A DNA stretch of 63,354 nucleotides, the filler included, from Eubacteriales bacterium (lineage in GTDB: Bacteria; Bacillota; Clostridia; Oscillospirales; CAG-382), in NCBI GenBank assembly GCA_045636665.1. It is 6 parts of 6 records of this genome, joined end to end, with 100 filler letters (N's around TTAATTAATTAA, not from the genome) between each part and the next. Parts side by side here need not be neighbours in the genome. Positions count along the whole stretch, not along the records: positions 8,125 to 24,497 come from JAZTXY010000040.1; positions 24,598 to 37,317 come from JAZTXY010000041.1; 4 more parts are not named here. The stretch is one strand, 5' to 3'. Both the position numbers and the translations under genes were made by a program. Below, piece by piece: positions 18,107-28,760 of this stretch. The notes under the pieces are model-generated. The model was given only the letters and a program-made list of their open reading frames with translations, did not search any database and was not told the origin of the DNA. Position 1 is the first letter of the stretch, and each line of letters starts with the position of its first letter.

Positions 18107-21100
18107 TCAGCCAATCGTAAAAGTACCCATTACGTGACGCTTGATAAGGATGTAGTCGTATTTTTCAACGCCGTCCTTGCGGTTAACGTCAGCCGCCTGC
18201 TTTTGCAGGTCGTCAAGATCGACTGTACCCATTACAGAACGCTTAACGAGAATATAGTCATACTTTTCGACTTCGCCGTTATTGTTGATATCACCGATCA
18301 AATAATCTTCACCATCGGGCGGGAAACCGTAAACTGCGGTTTCGGAAACCATAACGAAGGTTTTTTTAGCGGTGTATCTGAACTGAACGTATCTTGCGCT
18401 TACAGGGAAATTGAGAATGATATCGGTAGATGCGCGACCCTTATCGGTAGTGTCAACGGGATTTTCGCCGTCAACGTAGGTCCAATTCTTGTTGTCGGAC
18501 GAAATATAAACCGATACGTTTGCAGGTTCTTGAACGCCTGCAGCGAAGTTTTCTGTTGACGAGGATGCATAATCGGTGGTGAATCTCCAAAGATCATAGG
18601 TGCGTCCAAGATCAAAGGTGATATGGAAGTACTTCTGATTGATATAATCCTGATTCTTATAATAGAAGCCCATGTACGCGGAATTCGAATAATAAGAATT
18701 GTCGGGAGCAACCTTGCCGTCGGTCATGGACTTACCGTTTTCATCGGGATATTTATCCTTACCGCCCGAAACGTAAAGGCTCGAGCGTTCATAGGTCTTG
18801 CCGAATACGAGGTTTTCGCCGTATACGCCGCTGTCAAGCTCGGGAATTTCTTCGGTGTCAACCGTGATACCGCAAACGGTACAGGTCTTAATCTTTTTTC
18901 CTTTTTCAACAAGAGTGGGCTGCTGTGCATCGATCCACTCGCCGCCGACGTGCTCGTGTTCTTCAACGTCGGTTTCAAATGCCTGAACCTCTGCGACCAT
19001 AACGAAAGCGTTCGAGGCAACAAATCTGAACTGAACGTATCTGCCGTAAAGAACGGACTTGGGTTCGATGACGACCTCAAGCATACTTGTTGCATCGGTG
19101 TCGGTAGGTTCAACGGTGCCTGCGTGTACCCACGCTTTTCCGTCTTCGGAAACGTAGGCGGCTACGGATTTAGGTCCGGTAACGCCTGCGCCTGCATATT
19201 TAGAAGCGGTGTAAGCAACTAATTTGTCGAGGTGATATGCATCTTCAAGGTCAACCGTGATGTGGAAATAGCCGTCAAGTGCATATTCACCGTAGTTCTT
19301 ATGGAAACCGATATAAGCAGCATCGTTATATGCACCGGTGGGAGAAGCAACCTTACCGTCGGTCATTGTGGTGCCGTCTTCATCGGGATATTTTTCGTTG
19401 CCCTCTTCTGTGATAAGGCCGGAGTGTTTATACTTTTTACCAAGTGCTACGTTGTCGTTGCCCTCTTCTCTTTCAAGCTTGGGAACGTAATCAAATTCAT
19501 ACGCCTCGCCGCAGGAAGGACAGCGTTTTACTTTAAGGCCCTCGAAATGATAGGTTGCTTCATGAATATCCGACCATTCAACACCGGTGTGAATATGCTT
19601 TTCAAAAGCATTTACTTCGGATACAAGCGTCAAAGAAGCATTTGCCGCAAACGAGAAGCGAACGTATTTTGCTTTAACAGCCGTCGAAAGCTTAAGCTGA
19701 ACGGGTATATAGGTCTTGGAAGCATCGTCGGTAACGTTTACGGTACCTACGGGAGTAAAGCTTGTTCCGTTTTCGGAAACCGAAACAGTTACGGTTTTGG
19801 GCGCTTTTGCACTTGAAGTAACCTTGGAGGTACCTACATTCGCAACAAAGCGGTCAATATCCTTAACAGTGCCGAGATTAACGGTAACGTCGGCGGAGGT
19901 GCCTGTAAATCCTACGAAGGAATCGTTAACACCGTCGGTGAGCTTATTGTTTTTATCCGCATAGCTGCTCGATACGGAGCCGTTGGTTTCATAGGTCTTT
20001 TTGTCAGCGGCGTCAACGTTAAGCGGATCGGAAACGTTTTTGGTCTTTACGATTTCAAAAGTATCGAGAACCTTTTTATCGGAAACGCGGTAGGTGGTGG
20101 TCTTGAAGGAATCGCCGTCTACTTCGATATTTGTGAAGGTGATGGTATCCTGCAATTTGAACGCTATGTGAGGAAGCTGGGCATCGCTCAACAGCTTGTA
20201 GAATTTAGAACCGGAGGGAGTACCGCCCGAGAAATACAAGGTTCCGACAGGGTCGGTAACACTGGATGCGTTGCCTTGAGTTTTATCGTATTCAAGGCCG
20301 TCGATCATATAAGCGCGGGAGTTAACGTGTTCGTGTCCTGCAAGAACAACGTCGATATCGAGCTCTTTAACGATAGGCGCAAAATCTTCGCGGCGTTGAA
20401 CGATTTGCTCGTTGATGAAGTAATCGTTCGAGCCGAAGAAGTTATAGTGAGTAACGACTACCTTCCAGGTAACGTCGGGGTTAGCAGCTATCGCCTTTTG
20501 CATAAATTCCTTGTGCTCTGCCCAAGAAATGTTGCAGGAATTCAAATGCATAAAGAGCACGTTATTATAGGTGTACCAATAATTTCCACCTGCTTTTGTG
20601 CTGCCGTAAACCTTGCCGTCGGTGGTGCTGTTGGGGTCGTTAAAATAGTTCTTGTGGAAGTTGGAATTATAATCGTGATTACCGATTGTGGTTGCAATTG
20701 CGAGAGAATCCAATTGCTCCGGCGCAAGAAATGCCGAGAAGAAATCGGCTCTTGTGGAAATTTCAACCTGGTCGCCCGCAGAAACAAGGAACGAGGTTTC
20801 GGGGAACATTTTGGTTGCAACGTCCAACGTATTTGTCCAGTTTGCAATATTGTTGGTAAGATTACCTGCGCCCATCTGAGGGTCGCCGACAAACAAGAAA
20901 TTGAAGTTGTCGATAGGATCGGTGTCAAAATATTTTAATTCCGAAACATATTCGCCGCTTCTTAAGCGATAAACATATTCGGTATCATATTCCAAGCCGA
21001 GCACGGTTGCGCGGTGAACAAATTTTCCGTTAAATTTGGTCAATCTTGTTGATACCGAGGTATATTCGCTCGGGAAGGAGTCGCCGTTGCGTACAGCGTA

Positions 21101-21313
21101 ATCGACGTAACCGTCTATGCTGTCGCTGTGCCAAATAAAGTTACGTTCGGTTTCATCAGCGCCGATGTTCATACTGAAGTTTTCGAACTTAACTTCATAA
21201 ACCGAATAATCCTTATCGCTTTCTGCCAAAACAGAAACCGACGGAATTGCAACCGAAAATACCGAAAGAAGCATTGCGATTGCAAGTACGAAAGATACTC
21301 TTTTAAGATTCAT
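18107..21313 (-). CDS. Secreted purple-acid-phosphatase-like metallophosphoesterase with three F5/8C-like domains and a C-terminal dockerin
   Basis: Signal peptide; FN3-like 'GLEYDTEYVYR'; GDPQ, AGDQVE, GNHD, VVTH, GHEH; duplicated dockerin GDINNNGEVEKYD...ADVNRKDGVEKYD. Confidence 0.88.
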   Translation of the reverse strand: MNLKRVSFVLAIAMLLSVFSVAIPSVSVLAESDKDYSVYEVKFENFSMNIGADETERNFIWHSDSIDGYVDYAVRNGDSFPSEYTSVSTRLTKFNGKFVHRATVLGLEYDTEYVYRLRSGEYVSELKYFDTDPIDNFNFLFVGDPQMGAGNLTNNIANWTNTLDVATKMFPETSFLVSAGDQVEISTRADFFSAFLAPEQLDSLAIATTIGNHDYNSNFHKNYFNDPNSTTDGKVYGSTKAGGNYWYTYNNVLFMHLNSCNISWAEHKEFMQKAIAANPDVTWKVVVTHYNFFGSNDYFINEQIVQRREDFAPIVKELDIDVVLAGHEHVNSRAYMIDGLEYDKTQGNASSVTDPVGTLYFSGGTPSGSKFYKLLSDAQLPHIAFKLQDTITFTNIEVDGDSFKTTTYRVSDKKVLDTFEIVKTKNVSDPLNVDAADKKTYETNGSVSSSYADKNNKLTDGVNDSFVGFTGTSADVTVNLGTVKDIDRFVANVGTSKVTSSAKAPKTVTVSVSENGTSFTPVGTVNVTDDASKTYIPVQLKLSTAVKAKYVRFSFAANASLTLVSEVNAFEKHIHTGVEWSDIHEATYHFEGLKVKRCPSCGEAYEFDYVPKLEREEGNDNVALGKKYKHSGLITEEGNEKYPDEDGTTMTDGKVASPTGAYNDAAYIGFHKNYGEYALDGYFHITVDLEDAYHLDKLVAYTASKYAGAGVTGPKSVAAYVSEDGKAWVHAGTVEPTDTDATSMLEVVIEPKSVLYGRYVQFRFVASNAFVMVAEVQAFETDVEEHEHVGGEWIDAQQPTLVEKGKKIKTCTVCGITVDTEEIPELDSGVYGENLVFGKTYERSSLYVSGGKDKYPDENGKSMTDGKVAPDNSYYSNSAYMGFYYKNQDYINQKYFHITFDLGRTYDLWRFTTDYASSSTENFAAGVQEPANVSVYISSDNKNWTYVDGENPVDTTDKGRASTDIILNFPVSARYVQFRYTAKKTFVMVSETAVYGFPPDGEDYLIGDINNNGEVEKYDYILVKRSVMGTVDLDDLQKQAADVNRKDGVEKYDYILIKRHVMGTFTIG

Positions 21314-22487
21314 AATTCCTCCTGTGTTTTTTGTCAGAGTCCTTTATTTTTATTTTTTTATTCAAAGTATAGGAGCAAATCAAGGCGCTTAACGGTACCG
21401 TTAAGACTATACCAAGACTGCCTGCAATTCCCCCCGCGATTTCCGCGGCAATGAAATTCGATGAAATAAGCTGGTGAAACTGTATTCCGTACGACATAAA
21501 TATGACGAGCGTTGCAAGTGTTCCGCCCGCAAATGCAAGAATAAGAGTGTTTGTCATCGTGCCTATCATATCGCGTCCGATATTCATACCCGAACGAAAC
21601 ATTTCTTTGAAGGACGCTTCTTTCCTGACGGTTTTTATTTCATAAAGCGCCGCGCCTATTGAAACCGCAACGTCCATAACCGCGCCGAGCGAGCTTATCG
21701 CAACGCCTGCATAAAGAACACCGCTTATTTCAAGTCCAGTATTATTCGAAATAAGCGAAAGCATTTCAACCTCTTCGATTGCCGAGCCGCCGATGTGGAG
21801 AATGCAGGTAAAGATGAAATACATCAAGCACGCAGTTCCGACACCAAGCAGGGTATTTAAGATATTGTTGGAGGTTTTTACACTGATTCCGCCGATACAA
21901 AAGCAGCTGACAACCGTACTTGCAACCAACGTGACCAGCGTTACCCAAAAGGCATTTCCTCCTTCGAAAAGCGCGGGAACCATATAGCACACGACCATAC
22001 ACAACGTAAAAATCAAGCCAAGACAGCTAAGCAAGCCCCTTTTTCTGCCGATTGCGGTTACGATTGCAATGAATAATGCAACAATAAAAAATATTCCGAC
22101 GCTTCTGTCGTAGCTATACACCGAAAACATCGGGTCGATTCCTTCGGGAACGTCGGCGCAAACAATAAAATCCTCACCCTCATCGAGAATAACGCTATGA
22201 CCGACCGTGATGTAGTTGTCAATATCGGTAATTTGCCCTTTGGCTTTTCCCTCAAGAATTTCAACCTTTAATTTTTGATAACCTCTTTCATAACCCAACT
22301 CCTCGTCAATTTGCTCCTCCAAAACCTCCAAAACCTCTGCTTTTACGTATTCTATCGATTCGGAGGTATAGGCGGTAAAGGAAAACTCGCGGTTATGAAA
22401 TGAAAATATCAAAACGACGATTGCAATGCAAATGACCGCTATGAGGACGTATTCGGTAATCTTGTCCCTTAAGCTCTTTTTATCCAT
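21303..22487 (-). CDS. YibE/F family membrane protein
   Basis: YDRS, SLGAVMDVAVSI, SGMNIGRDMIGTMTNTLILAFAG, GIVLTVPL; overlaps the phosphatase start. Confidence 0.88.
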   Translation of the reverse strand: MDKKSLRDKITEYVLIAVICIAIVVLIFSFHNREFSFTAYTSESIEYVKAEVLEVLEEQIDEELGYERGYQKLKVEILEGKAKGQITDIDNYITVGHSVILDEGEDFIVCADVPEGIDPMFSVYSYDRSVGIFFIVALFIAIVTAIGRKRGLLSCLGLIFTLCMVVCYMVPALFEGGNAFWVTLVTLVASTVVSCFCIGGISVKTSNNILNTLLGVGTACLMYFIFTCILHIGGSAIEEVEMLSLISNNTGLEISGVLYAGVAISSLGAVMDVAVSIGAALYEIKTVRKEASFKEMFRSGMNIGRDMIGTMTNTLILAFAGGTLATLVIFMSYGIQFHQLISSNFIAAEIAGGIAGSLGIVLTVPLSALICSYTLNKKIKIKDSDKKHRRNYES

Positions 22488-22727
22488 AAAATTTACCCGT
22501 ATTTATCGTTAATAAGACCTATATACTCTATATATAACATAGTCAAATAATTATACACGCGCGCACGCGCTTTGTCAAGGTTGTGTGCTAAAATACCGCA
22601 GTATTCACGGTGTTTTTTGGAGGTTGAATTTTGGGAAGACGCCGATGATTTTATATAAAAGACGGTTTTTTAATTATTTTGCATAAAAATATGCGATTAA
22701 TTTGAGTGTAAATGTACTAACGATATA

Positions 22728-22756
22728 TTGATTTTGTCGATTCAATATTGTATCAT
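22728..22756 (+). promoter_or_regulatory. Putative sigma-A promoter of pckA
   Basis: TTGATT-17 nt-TATCAT. Confidence 0.5.
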
Positions 22757-22803
22757 AGACAATGGCAATTTAAGGAATAAAATTATGAAAGAGGTTTTTT
22801 GAA

Positions 22804-24411
22804 ATGGCTGAACTCAACCTTACCAAGTACGGTATTACCGGTACTACCGAAATCGTACACAACCCCTCGTACGAAGAACTTTTCGTGGAAGAAACCAAAC
22901 CTGAACTCGAAGGCTTTGAAAAGGGTCAGGTCAGCGAACTCGGCGCTGTTAACGTTATGACCGGTATCTACACCGGCCGTTCCCCCAAAGACAAGTACAT
23001 CGTTATGGACGAAAACTCCAAGGATACCGTTTGGTGGACCTCCGACGAATACAAGAATGACAACCACCCTGCATCCGTTGAAACCTGGAACGTTTTGAAG
23101 GATCTCGCAGTTAAAGAACTTTCCAACAAGAGACTCTTTGTTGTTGACGCATTCTGCGGCGCTAACAAGGATACCCGTATGGCAGTTCGTTTCATCGTTG
23201 AAGTTGCATGGCAGGCACACTTCATCAAGAACATGTTCATCGCTCCCTCTGCTGAAGAACTCGAAACCTTCGAACCTGATTTCGTTGTTTACAACGCTTC
23301 CAAGGCAAAGGTTGAAAACTATCAAGAACTCGGTCTCAACTCTGAAACCGCAGTTGTATTTAACATCACTTCTCGTGAACAGGTTATCCTTAACACCTGG
23401 TACGGCGGCGAAATGAAAAAGGGTATGTTCTCCATGATGAACTACTACCTCCCCCTCAAGGGCATCGCTTCCATGCACTGCTCCGCAAACACCGATATGA
23501 ACGGCGAAAACACCGCTCTCTTCTTCGGTCTCTCCGGTACCGGTAAGACCACCCTTTCCACCGATCCTATGCGTCTCCTCATCGGTGACGACGAACACGG
23601 TTGGGATGACAACGGCGTTTTCAACTTCGAAGGCGGCTGCTATGCAAAGGTTATCAACCTCGACAAGGATTCCGAACCCGATATCTACAACGCTATCAAG
23701 AGAAACGCACTTCTCGAAAACGTTACTCTCGATGAAAACGGCGTTATCGATTTCAACGACAAGAGCGTAACCGAAAACACCCGTGTTTCCTACCCCATCG
23801 ACCACATCGACAACATCGTTCGTCCCGTTTCCGCAGCTCCTGCAGCTAAGAACGTTATCTTCCTTTCTGCAGATGCATTCGGCGTACTTCCTCCTGTTTC
23901 TGTTCTCACTCCCGAACAGGCTCAGTATTACTTCCTCTCCGGCTTCACTTCCAAGCTGGCCGGCACCGAGCGTGGTATCACTGAGCCCACTCCCACCTTC
24001 TCCGCTTGCTTCGGCGCCGCTTTCCTGGAGCTGCACCCCACTAAGTACGGCGAGGAGCTGGTAAAGAAGATGCAGAAGTCCGGCGCCAAGGCTTATCTGG
24101 TTAACACCGGTTGGAACGGCACCGGCAAGCGTATCTCCATCAAGGATACCCGTGGCATCATCGACGCCATTCTGGACGGCTCTATCCTGAAGGCCGAAAC
24201 CAAGACCATTCCTTACTTCGGTTTGGAAGTTCCCACCAGCCTGCCCGGTGTTGATTCCGGCATTCTGGACCCCCAGGACACCTACGCTGATGTAAAGGTT
24301 TGGGAAGAAAAGGCTCTGGATCTGGCTGCCCGCTTTGAGAAGAACTTTGTCAAGTACACCGGAAACGACGCAGGCAAGGCTCTCGTTGCCGCCGGTCCCA
24401 AGACCAAGTAA
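22804..24411 (+). CDS. pckA: Phosphoenolpyruvate carboxykinase (ATP)
   Basis: [48 protein letters not shown]. Confidence 0.97.
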   Translation: MAELNLTKYGITGTTEIVHNPSYEELFVEETKPELEGFEKGQVSELGAVNVMTGIYTGRSPKDKYIVMDENSKDTVWWTSDEYKNDNHPASVETWNVLKDLAVKELSNKRLFVVDAFCGANKDTRMAVRFIVEVAWQAHFIKNMFIAPSAEELETFEPDFVVYNASKAKVENYQELGLNSETAVVFNITSREQVILNTWYGGEMKKGMFSMMNYYLPLKGIASMHCSANTDMNGENTALFFGLSGTGKTTLSTDPMRLLIGDDEHGWDDNGVFNFEGGCYAKVINLDKDSEPDIYNAIKRNALLENVTLDENGVIDFNDKSVTENTRVSYPIDHIDNIVRPVSAAPAAKNVIFLSADAFGVLPPVSVLTPEQAQYYFLSGFTSKLAGTERGITEPTPTFSACFGAAFLELHPTKYGEELVKKMQKSGAKAYLVNTGWNGTGKRISIKDTRGIIDAILDGSILKAETKTIPYFGLEVPTSLPGVDSGILDPQDTYADVKVWEEKALDLAARFEKNFVKYTGNDAGKALVAAGPKTK

Positions 24412-24420
24412 GTATTTATC

Positions 24421-24445
24421 AAAGCCGGGAGTCCTTCCCGGCTTT
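24421..24445 (+). terminator. Intrinsic terminator after pckA
   Basis: AAAGCCGGGA-GTCCT-TCCCGGCTTT. Confidence 0.75.
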
Positions 24446-24497
24446 GACTGCGCCCCCTGCGCTACCTTAATTTATATGGAGGTTTATCTATGCAGAA

Positions 24498-24597
24498 NNN
24501 NNNNNNNNNNNNNNNNNNNNNNNNNNNNNNNNNNNNNNNNNTTAATTAATTAANNNNNNNNNNNNNNNNNNNNNNNNNNNNNNNNNNNNNNNNNNNN
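24498..24597. other. Artificial contig-joining spacer
   Basis: N-run + TTAATTAATTAA + N-run. Confidence 0.99.
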
Positions 24598-24598
24598 C

Positions 24599-26155
24599 GA
24601 AGAAGGCGACTCGCTTGCTAAGATCAACGTTAACTACGGTGGTCCTGTACACAACTACGCATCTATTTACACTTCGTTCAACCCTCGTCCTAAGGACTCC
24701 TACGTGCTCGACGGCGGTATTTCCGTCGGTACCGATGCAATGTGGACGGTTGAATCCAAACGTAAATATACCGGTGCATTTAAGCTTAGACTCTTTATTC
24801 TTGATGGTACCGAAGACGGCGATGAAGCTACTTCCGTATTTGATGCAGACAAATCCTATTCCGATATGGCTGCAGCGTACAGATCGTATCTCGTTCGTAC
24901 CGGCGTACTTAAAGAAATTCCCGATCTTAAGGAAGACGTTCCTCTTTATCTTGAAACTTTAGGTGCAATTCAAGGCTCTAAGAGCATTATGGGTATTCCT
25001 GTTGAAACCATGATTCCTCTTACCACTTTTGATGACACCGTTAAGATTATCGACGAACTCAATTCTATTGATATTAACAATATCAAGATCAGACTTAACG
25101 CTTGGTTTAACGGCGGCGTTATGGGCGACATCGCTTCTTCGATTGAAGTTGAAGAAGTTTTGGGTGGCGAAGAAGGATTCAAAAATCTTATTGCATATGC
25201 AAAAGAAAAGGGCGTAACTTTGTTCCCCGAAGTTGAACTTTCCGTTGCTTACCGCGATAAAAACTTTGACGGTTTCGAGTGGGGCGAAGACTTGTGTCAA
25301 ACCATCGACGACCGTACCGCTTGGTATCAGGATTATGATCCCGTAATGCAAGCTTTCTCCAATATGTACGGTGGCGGTGTAATTTCTCCTATGTTTATGA
25401 AGGAGCTTTACACCATGGCTTCCGAGGATTATGATAAGTTCGAAGTTGGCGCAATTTCCGTCGGCACTGTTGGCGAATATTTGTCTTCCGACTTTAACAA
25501 GGATAATCCTCTTACCAGAGAAGACTCTAAGGAATTGGTTATCCAATTGCTCGAACTCATCGATTCTAAAAACGATAAAGTTCTTGTTAACGCAGGTAAC
25601 GAGTATACCCTTCGTTATATTACCGATATTCTTGAACTCCCGTTGGACGACTCCAGACTCCTTTATTCCTACGCAACAGTTCCTTTCATGAGTATGGTTC
25701 TCCACGGCTATATCGAATATGCAGGTATCGCTCTTAACCTCGCAGGCGATTACAATTATCACTTGCTCAAGACTATTGAAAGCGGTGCATCGCCTTACTT
25801 CGTTATTGCTTGCAATAACACTTCTGACCTCAAGCAATATGCTAACCCCGAAATTGCACAGTACTATTCCGTAAGCTACGGCATTTGGAAGTCTGATATC
25901 CAAGCGGCTTATGAAACAGTTAACGAAGCTCTTTCCGACGTGCAGAACTCTATAATTCGTAAGCACGAAATCGTTTCCAATGACGGCAACGTTGTTAAGG
26001 TAATTTATGATAACGGCATTTCGTTCTTTATGAACTATGGCGAAAAAGCTTACACCGTAGTTTCCGGTGATGCTGAAATCGTTGTACCTGCAGGCGGTTA
26101 TGTAAAACTTGACAAAGACAACAAAATTACTAAGACATGGGAGGGTGTAGAATGA
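24599..26155 (+). CDS. DUF5696-like protein of a carbohydrate ABC cluster, 5'-truncated
   Basis: Frame open from 24599; 'YSDMAAAYRSYL', 'PLTTF', 'WFNGG', 'VPFMSMVLHG', 'VIYDNG...NY'; translationally coupled to the permease. Confidence 0.75.
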   Translation, partial: EEGDSLAKINVNYGGPVHNYASIYTSFNPRPKDSYVLDGGISVGTDAMWTVESKRKYTGAFKLRLFILDGTEDGDEATSVFDADKSYSDMAAAYRSYLVRTGVLKEIPDLKEDVPLYLETLGAIQGSKSIMGIPVETMIPLTTFDDTVKIIDELNSIDINNIKIRLNAWFNGGVMGDIASSIEVEEVLGGEEGFKNLIAYAKEKGVTLFPEVELSVAYRDKNFDGFEWGEDLCQTIDDRTAWYQDYDPVMQAFSNMYGGGVISPMFMKELYTMASEDYDKFEVGAISVGTVGEYLSSDFNKDNPLTREDSKELVIQLLELIDSKNDKVLVNAGNEYTLRYITDILELPLDDSRLLYSYATVPFMSMVLHGYIEYAGIALNLAGDYNYHLLKTIESGASPYFVIACNNTSDLKQYANPEIAQYYSVSYGIWKSDIQAAYETVNEALSDVQNSIIRKHEIVSNDGNVVKVIYDNGISFFMNYGEKAYTVVSGDAEIVVPAGGYVKLDKDNKITKTWEGVE

Positions 26156-27156
26156 AAAAAGAAAATGCAATAGAAATCAAAGACACTGCTCCTAAGACAA
26201 AAACCAGCAGAAAAGAAAAGAAGCGTTCTCGCTCTCTCGACGTTCAAAAGTCGAGAATGGGTTGGCTCTTTATAGCACCTTTTCTTATCGGTTTCTTGTT
26301 GATCTATCTCCCGATGATCGTTGAATCCATCCAATTTTCGTTTGGTAAAATCGCGATTCAGCCGGGTGGTGGTTACGTACTTCTCGATGCAGGTTGGGAA
26401 AACTATCAATACGCTTTGTCCAAAGACCCTCAGTTTACCACAACCTTGGTAGGCAGTCTTACCGACTTGGCATTTGACGTTCCCGCAATCGTAATTTTCT
26501 CGCTCTTTATGGCAGTTCTTCTTAACCAGAAGATGCGCGGCAGAGCGATATTCAGAGCAATATTCTTCATCCCCGTTATCGTTTCCACCGGTATTATTGA
26601 ATCTATCGATAATACCAACAACCTTATCGCTAACATGGAACAAATGGCAGGCGGTTCAGGTGACATGGAAAACGGAAATTCAGGCGCTGAAATCTTAAGC
26701 GTTATGGACTTGACAAGCTTGTTTAGAGGCATGCAAATCGGTGCCGGTATCGTTGAATACGTTGTATCGTTGGTTAACGACGTTTACAACATTGTTAACA
26801 AATCCGGTGTACAGATGCTTATCTTCCTTGCAGGTTTGCAGTCTATCTCACCCGCAATTTACGAATCGTGTCATATCGACGGCGCTTCCTCTTGGGAAAC
26901 GTTCTGGAAGATTACCTTCCCGATGATATCACCGATGATCTTGGTTAATACGATTTATACGGTTATCGACTCGTTTACTTCGCAATCTAACCAGATTATG
27001 TCGTATATTGAAAACATTTACAACAACCATCCTCAAGACGGTACCGTTATTGCAACAGCGATGTCGTGGATGTACTTCTTGGTAGTTATTTTAGTACTTG
27101 CGCTCGTTGCGGGTGTATTCAGTGCTTACGTATTCTATCAAAGAAAAGACGTATAA
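26152..27156 (+). CDS. Carbohydrate ABC transporter permease (MalF-type)
   Basis: GWLFIAPF, FRAIFFIP, FLAGLQSI, EAA-like loop YESCHIDGASSWETFWKITFP. Confidence 0.92.
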   Translation: MKKENAIEIKDTAPKTKTSRKEKKRSRSLDVQKSRMGWLFIAPFLIGFLLIYLPMIVESIQFSFGKIAIQPGGGYVLLDAGWENYQYALSKDPQFTTTLVGSLTDLAFDVPAIVIFSLFMAVLLNQKMRGRAIFRAIFFIPVIVSTGIIESIDNTNNLIANMEQMAGGSGDMENGNSGAEILSVMDLTSLFRGMQIGAGIVEYVVSLVNDVYNIVNKSGVQMLIFLAGLQSISPAIYESCHIDGASSWETFWKITFPMISPMILVNTIYTVIDSFTSQSNQIMSYIENIYNNHPQDGTVIATAMSWMYFLVVILVLALVAGVFSAYVFYQRKDV

Positions 27157-27172
27157 GAAAGGAGTGGCATAA

Positions 27173-28363
27173 ATGGATACTTCCGCAATGACAAAACAAG
27201 AGTTGAAAGAATACAAAAAGCAACTCAAGCGTGAAGAAGCGATTAAAAAAATTAAGTCGCAAGAAAAGACTTCTTTCCTTATGCGACTCCGCTACAAATA
27301 CCTTACCTTCTATTTTGCAAAGAAGTTACTTTGGTCTTTGTTTAGATTCGTACTTCTTGTAGGTATTTCGTATATCGTTCTTTTCCCGTATATCTCTAAA
27401 GTAGCAAGCTCGTTTATGAGCAAAGAAGACTTTACAAACGTAAAGGTACTTCTTATTGCAATGAATCCTACCTTGGATACCTATGAAGCTATTATTAGTG
27501 ACAATAAGTATTTCGAAGCTTTGTTTAACTCCACAATTCTTTCGTTGCTTTGTGCGATTTCTCAAACTTTGATATGCGCGATTGTTGGTTACGGTTTCGC
27601 AAAATTCAAGTTTAGATTCAAAAAACTGCTTTTCGTCTGCGTTGTATTTACAATGATCGTTCCTCACGAAACGATTCAGTTGTCGATGTTTATGAAGTTT
27701 AGATACTTCGACATTTGGGGAATATATGGTGGAATACAGCACCTATTTGAAAATTTAGGTGAAATATTCAGCCATCCCGAAGGCGCTTCTGCAGGATATG
27801 CAGTTTTGGAACAGGGCTTTATTGATGTTGGTATTGAAGATCCCGGCTTCTTTAAGGTGTTGTTCTCTGATCCGAAGGTCGTTCATTCGATGGGCAATAT
27901 GCTTAACTCGTATTGGCCGTTTGCGATTCTTTCGCTTACCGGTCTTGCATTTAAGAACGGTTTGTTCATCTACATTATGCGTCAGTACTTCAATGGCGTT
28001 CCCGATGAACTTGAAGAAGCAGCATACGTTGACGGCGCTGGTACTATTAAGACGTTCGGTAAGATAATTCTTCCGATGGCACTTCCTATGATGGTAACTA
28101 TCTTTATGTTCTCATTCTCGTGGCAGTGGTCGGATACCTTCTATACCGGTTTGTTCTTTACCAGCCAAAAGACTGCAACTTTGTTGCCCAATATCGTTAA
28201 CGTTCCCTCGTCGTTGGATACCAACTACGTCGCTAAGGAAACTTACGAAGCGGCAATCAGAAACACCTGCGGTATTATGATACTTGTTCCGCTTGTTGTT
28301 ATCTATATGTTCGCTCAGAGAACCCTTATCGAAGGCGTTGAACGCAGCGGTATTACCGGTTAA
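27173..28363 (+). CDS. Carbohydrate ABC transporter permease (MalG-type)
   Basis: GYGFAKFKF, VPDELEEAAYVDGA, EGVERSGITG. Confidence 0.92.
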   Translation: MDTSAMTKQELKEYKKQLKREEAIKKIKSQEKTSFLMRLRYKYLTFYFAKKLLWSLFRFVLLVGISYIVLFPYISKVASSFMSKEDFTNVKVLLIAMNPTLDTYEAIISDNKYFEALFNSTILSLLCAISQTLICAIVGYGFAKFKFRFKKLLFVCVVFTMIVPHETIQLSMFMKFRYFDIWGIYGGIQHLFENLGEIFSHPEGASAGYAVLEQGFIDVGIEDPGFFKVLFSDPKVVHSMGNMLNSYWPFAILSLTGLAFKNGLFIYIMRQYFNGVPDELEEAAYVDGAGTIKTFGKIILPMALPMMVTIFMFSFSWQWSDTFYTGLFFTSQKTATLLPNIVNVPSSLDTNYVAKETYEAAIRNTCGIMILVPLVVIYMFAQRTLIEGVERSGITG

Positions 28364-28372
28364 TAAAAGAAA

Positions 28373-28405
28373 AAAGATCTGTCGTAAAAACGACAGATCT
28401 TTTTA
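28373..28405. terminator. Bidirectional terminator
   Basis: AAAGATCTGTCGT-AAAA-ACGACAGATCTTT. Confidence 0.8.
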
Positions 28406-28756
28406 TTTTGTTCTGCTTTTGCAAAAATATGATAATATCAACGCTACAAAAAGAGTAAAAGCTATTCCTGCGGACGTTGCGGTAAAACCGCCTTTTAATA
28501 TACCCAATAATCCATCGCTGCCAATGGATTCTCTTACACCTTTTGCAAGTGAATAGCCAAACCCCGTAAGAGGTATAGTCGCTCCTGTTGATGCAAAAGT
28601 CACCAAATACTTGTATATGCCAAAACCCTCAAAAACAACACCTGCGATAACGTAGAAGGTTAAAATGCGTGCGTTTGTAAGCTTTGTCTTATCTAATAAT
28701 ATCTGGGCGGGGATAGAAAGTAAACCGCCAATTAAAAATGCATATAAATAGTTCAT
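28403..28756 (-). CDS. spoVAE: Stage V sporulation protein AE
   Basis: MNYLYAFLIGG...AQILLDKTKLT, GATIPLTGFG; start corrected to 28756. Confidence 0.9.
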   Translation of the reverse strand: MNYLYAFLIGGLLSIPAQILLDKTKLTNARILTFYVIAGVVFEGFGIYKYLVTFASTGATIPLTGFGYSLAKGVRESIGSDGLLGILKGGFTATSAGIAFTLFVALILSYFCKSRTK

Positions 28757-28760
28757 TTTT

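Noticed and set aside
22783..24036. 417-aa antisense ORF over pckA; similar shadows at 8698-9906, 24959-26170, 37682-39067 and 56072-57421
   Set aside because: All are mirror-frame ORFs over genes with recognisable motifs.
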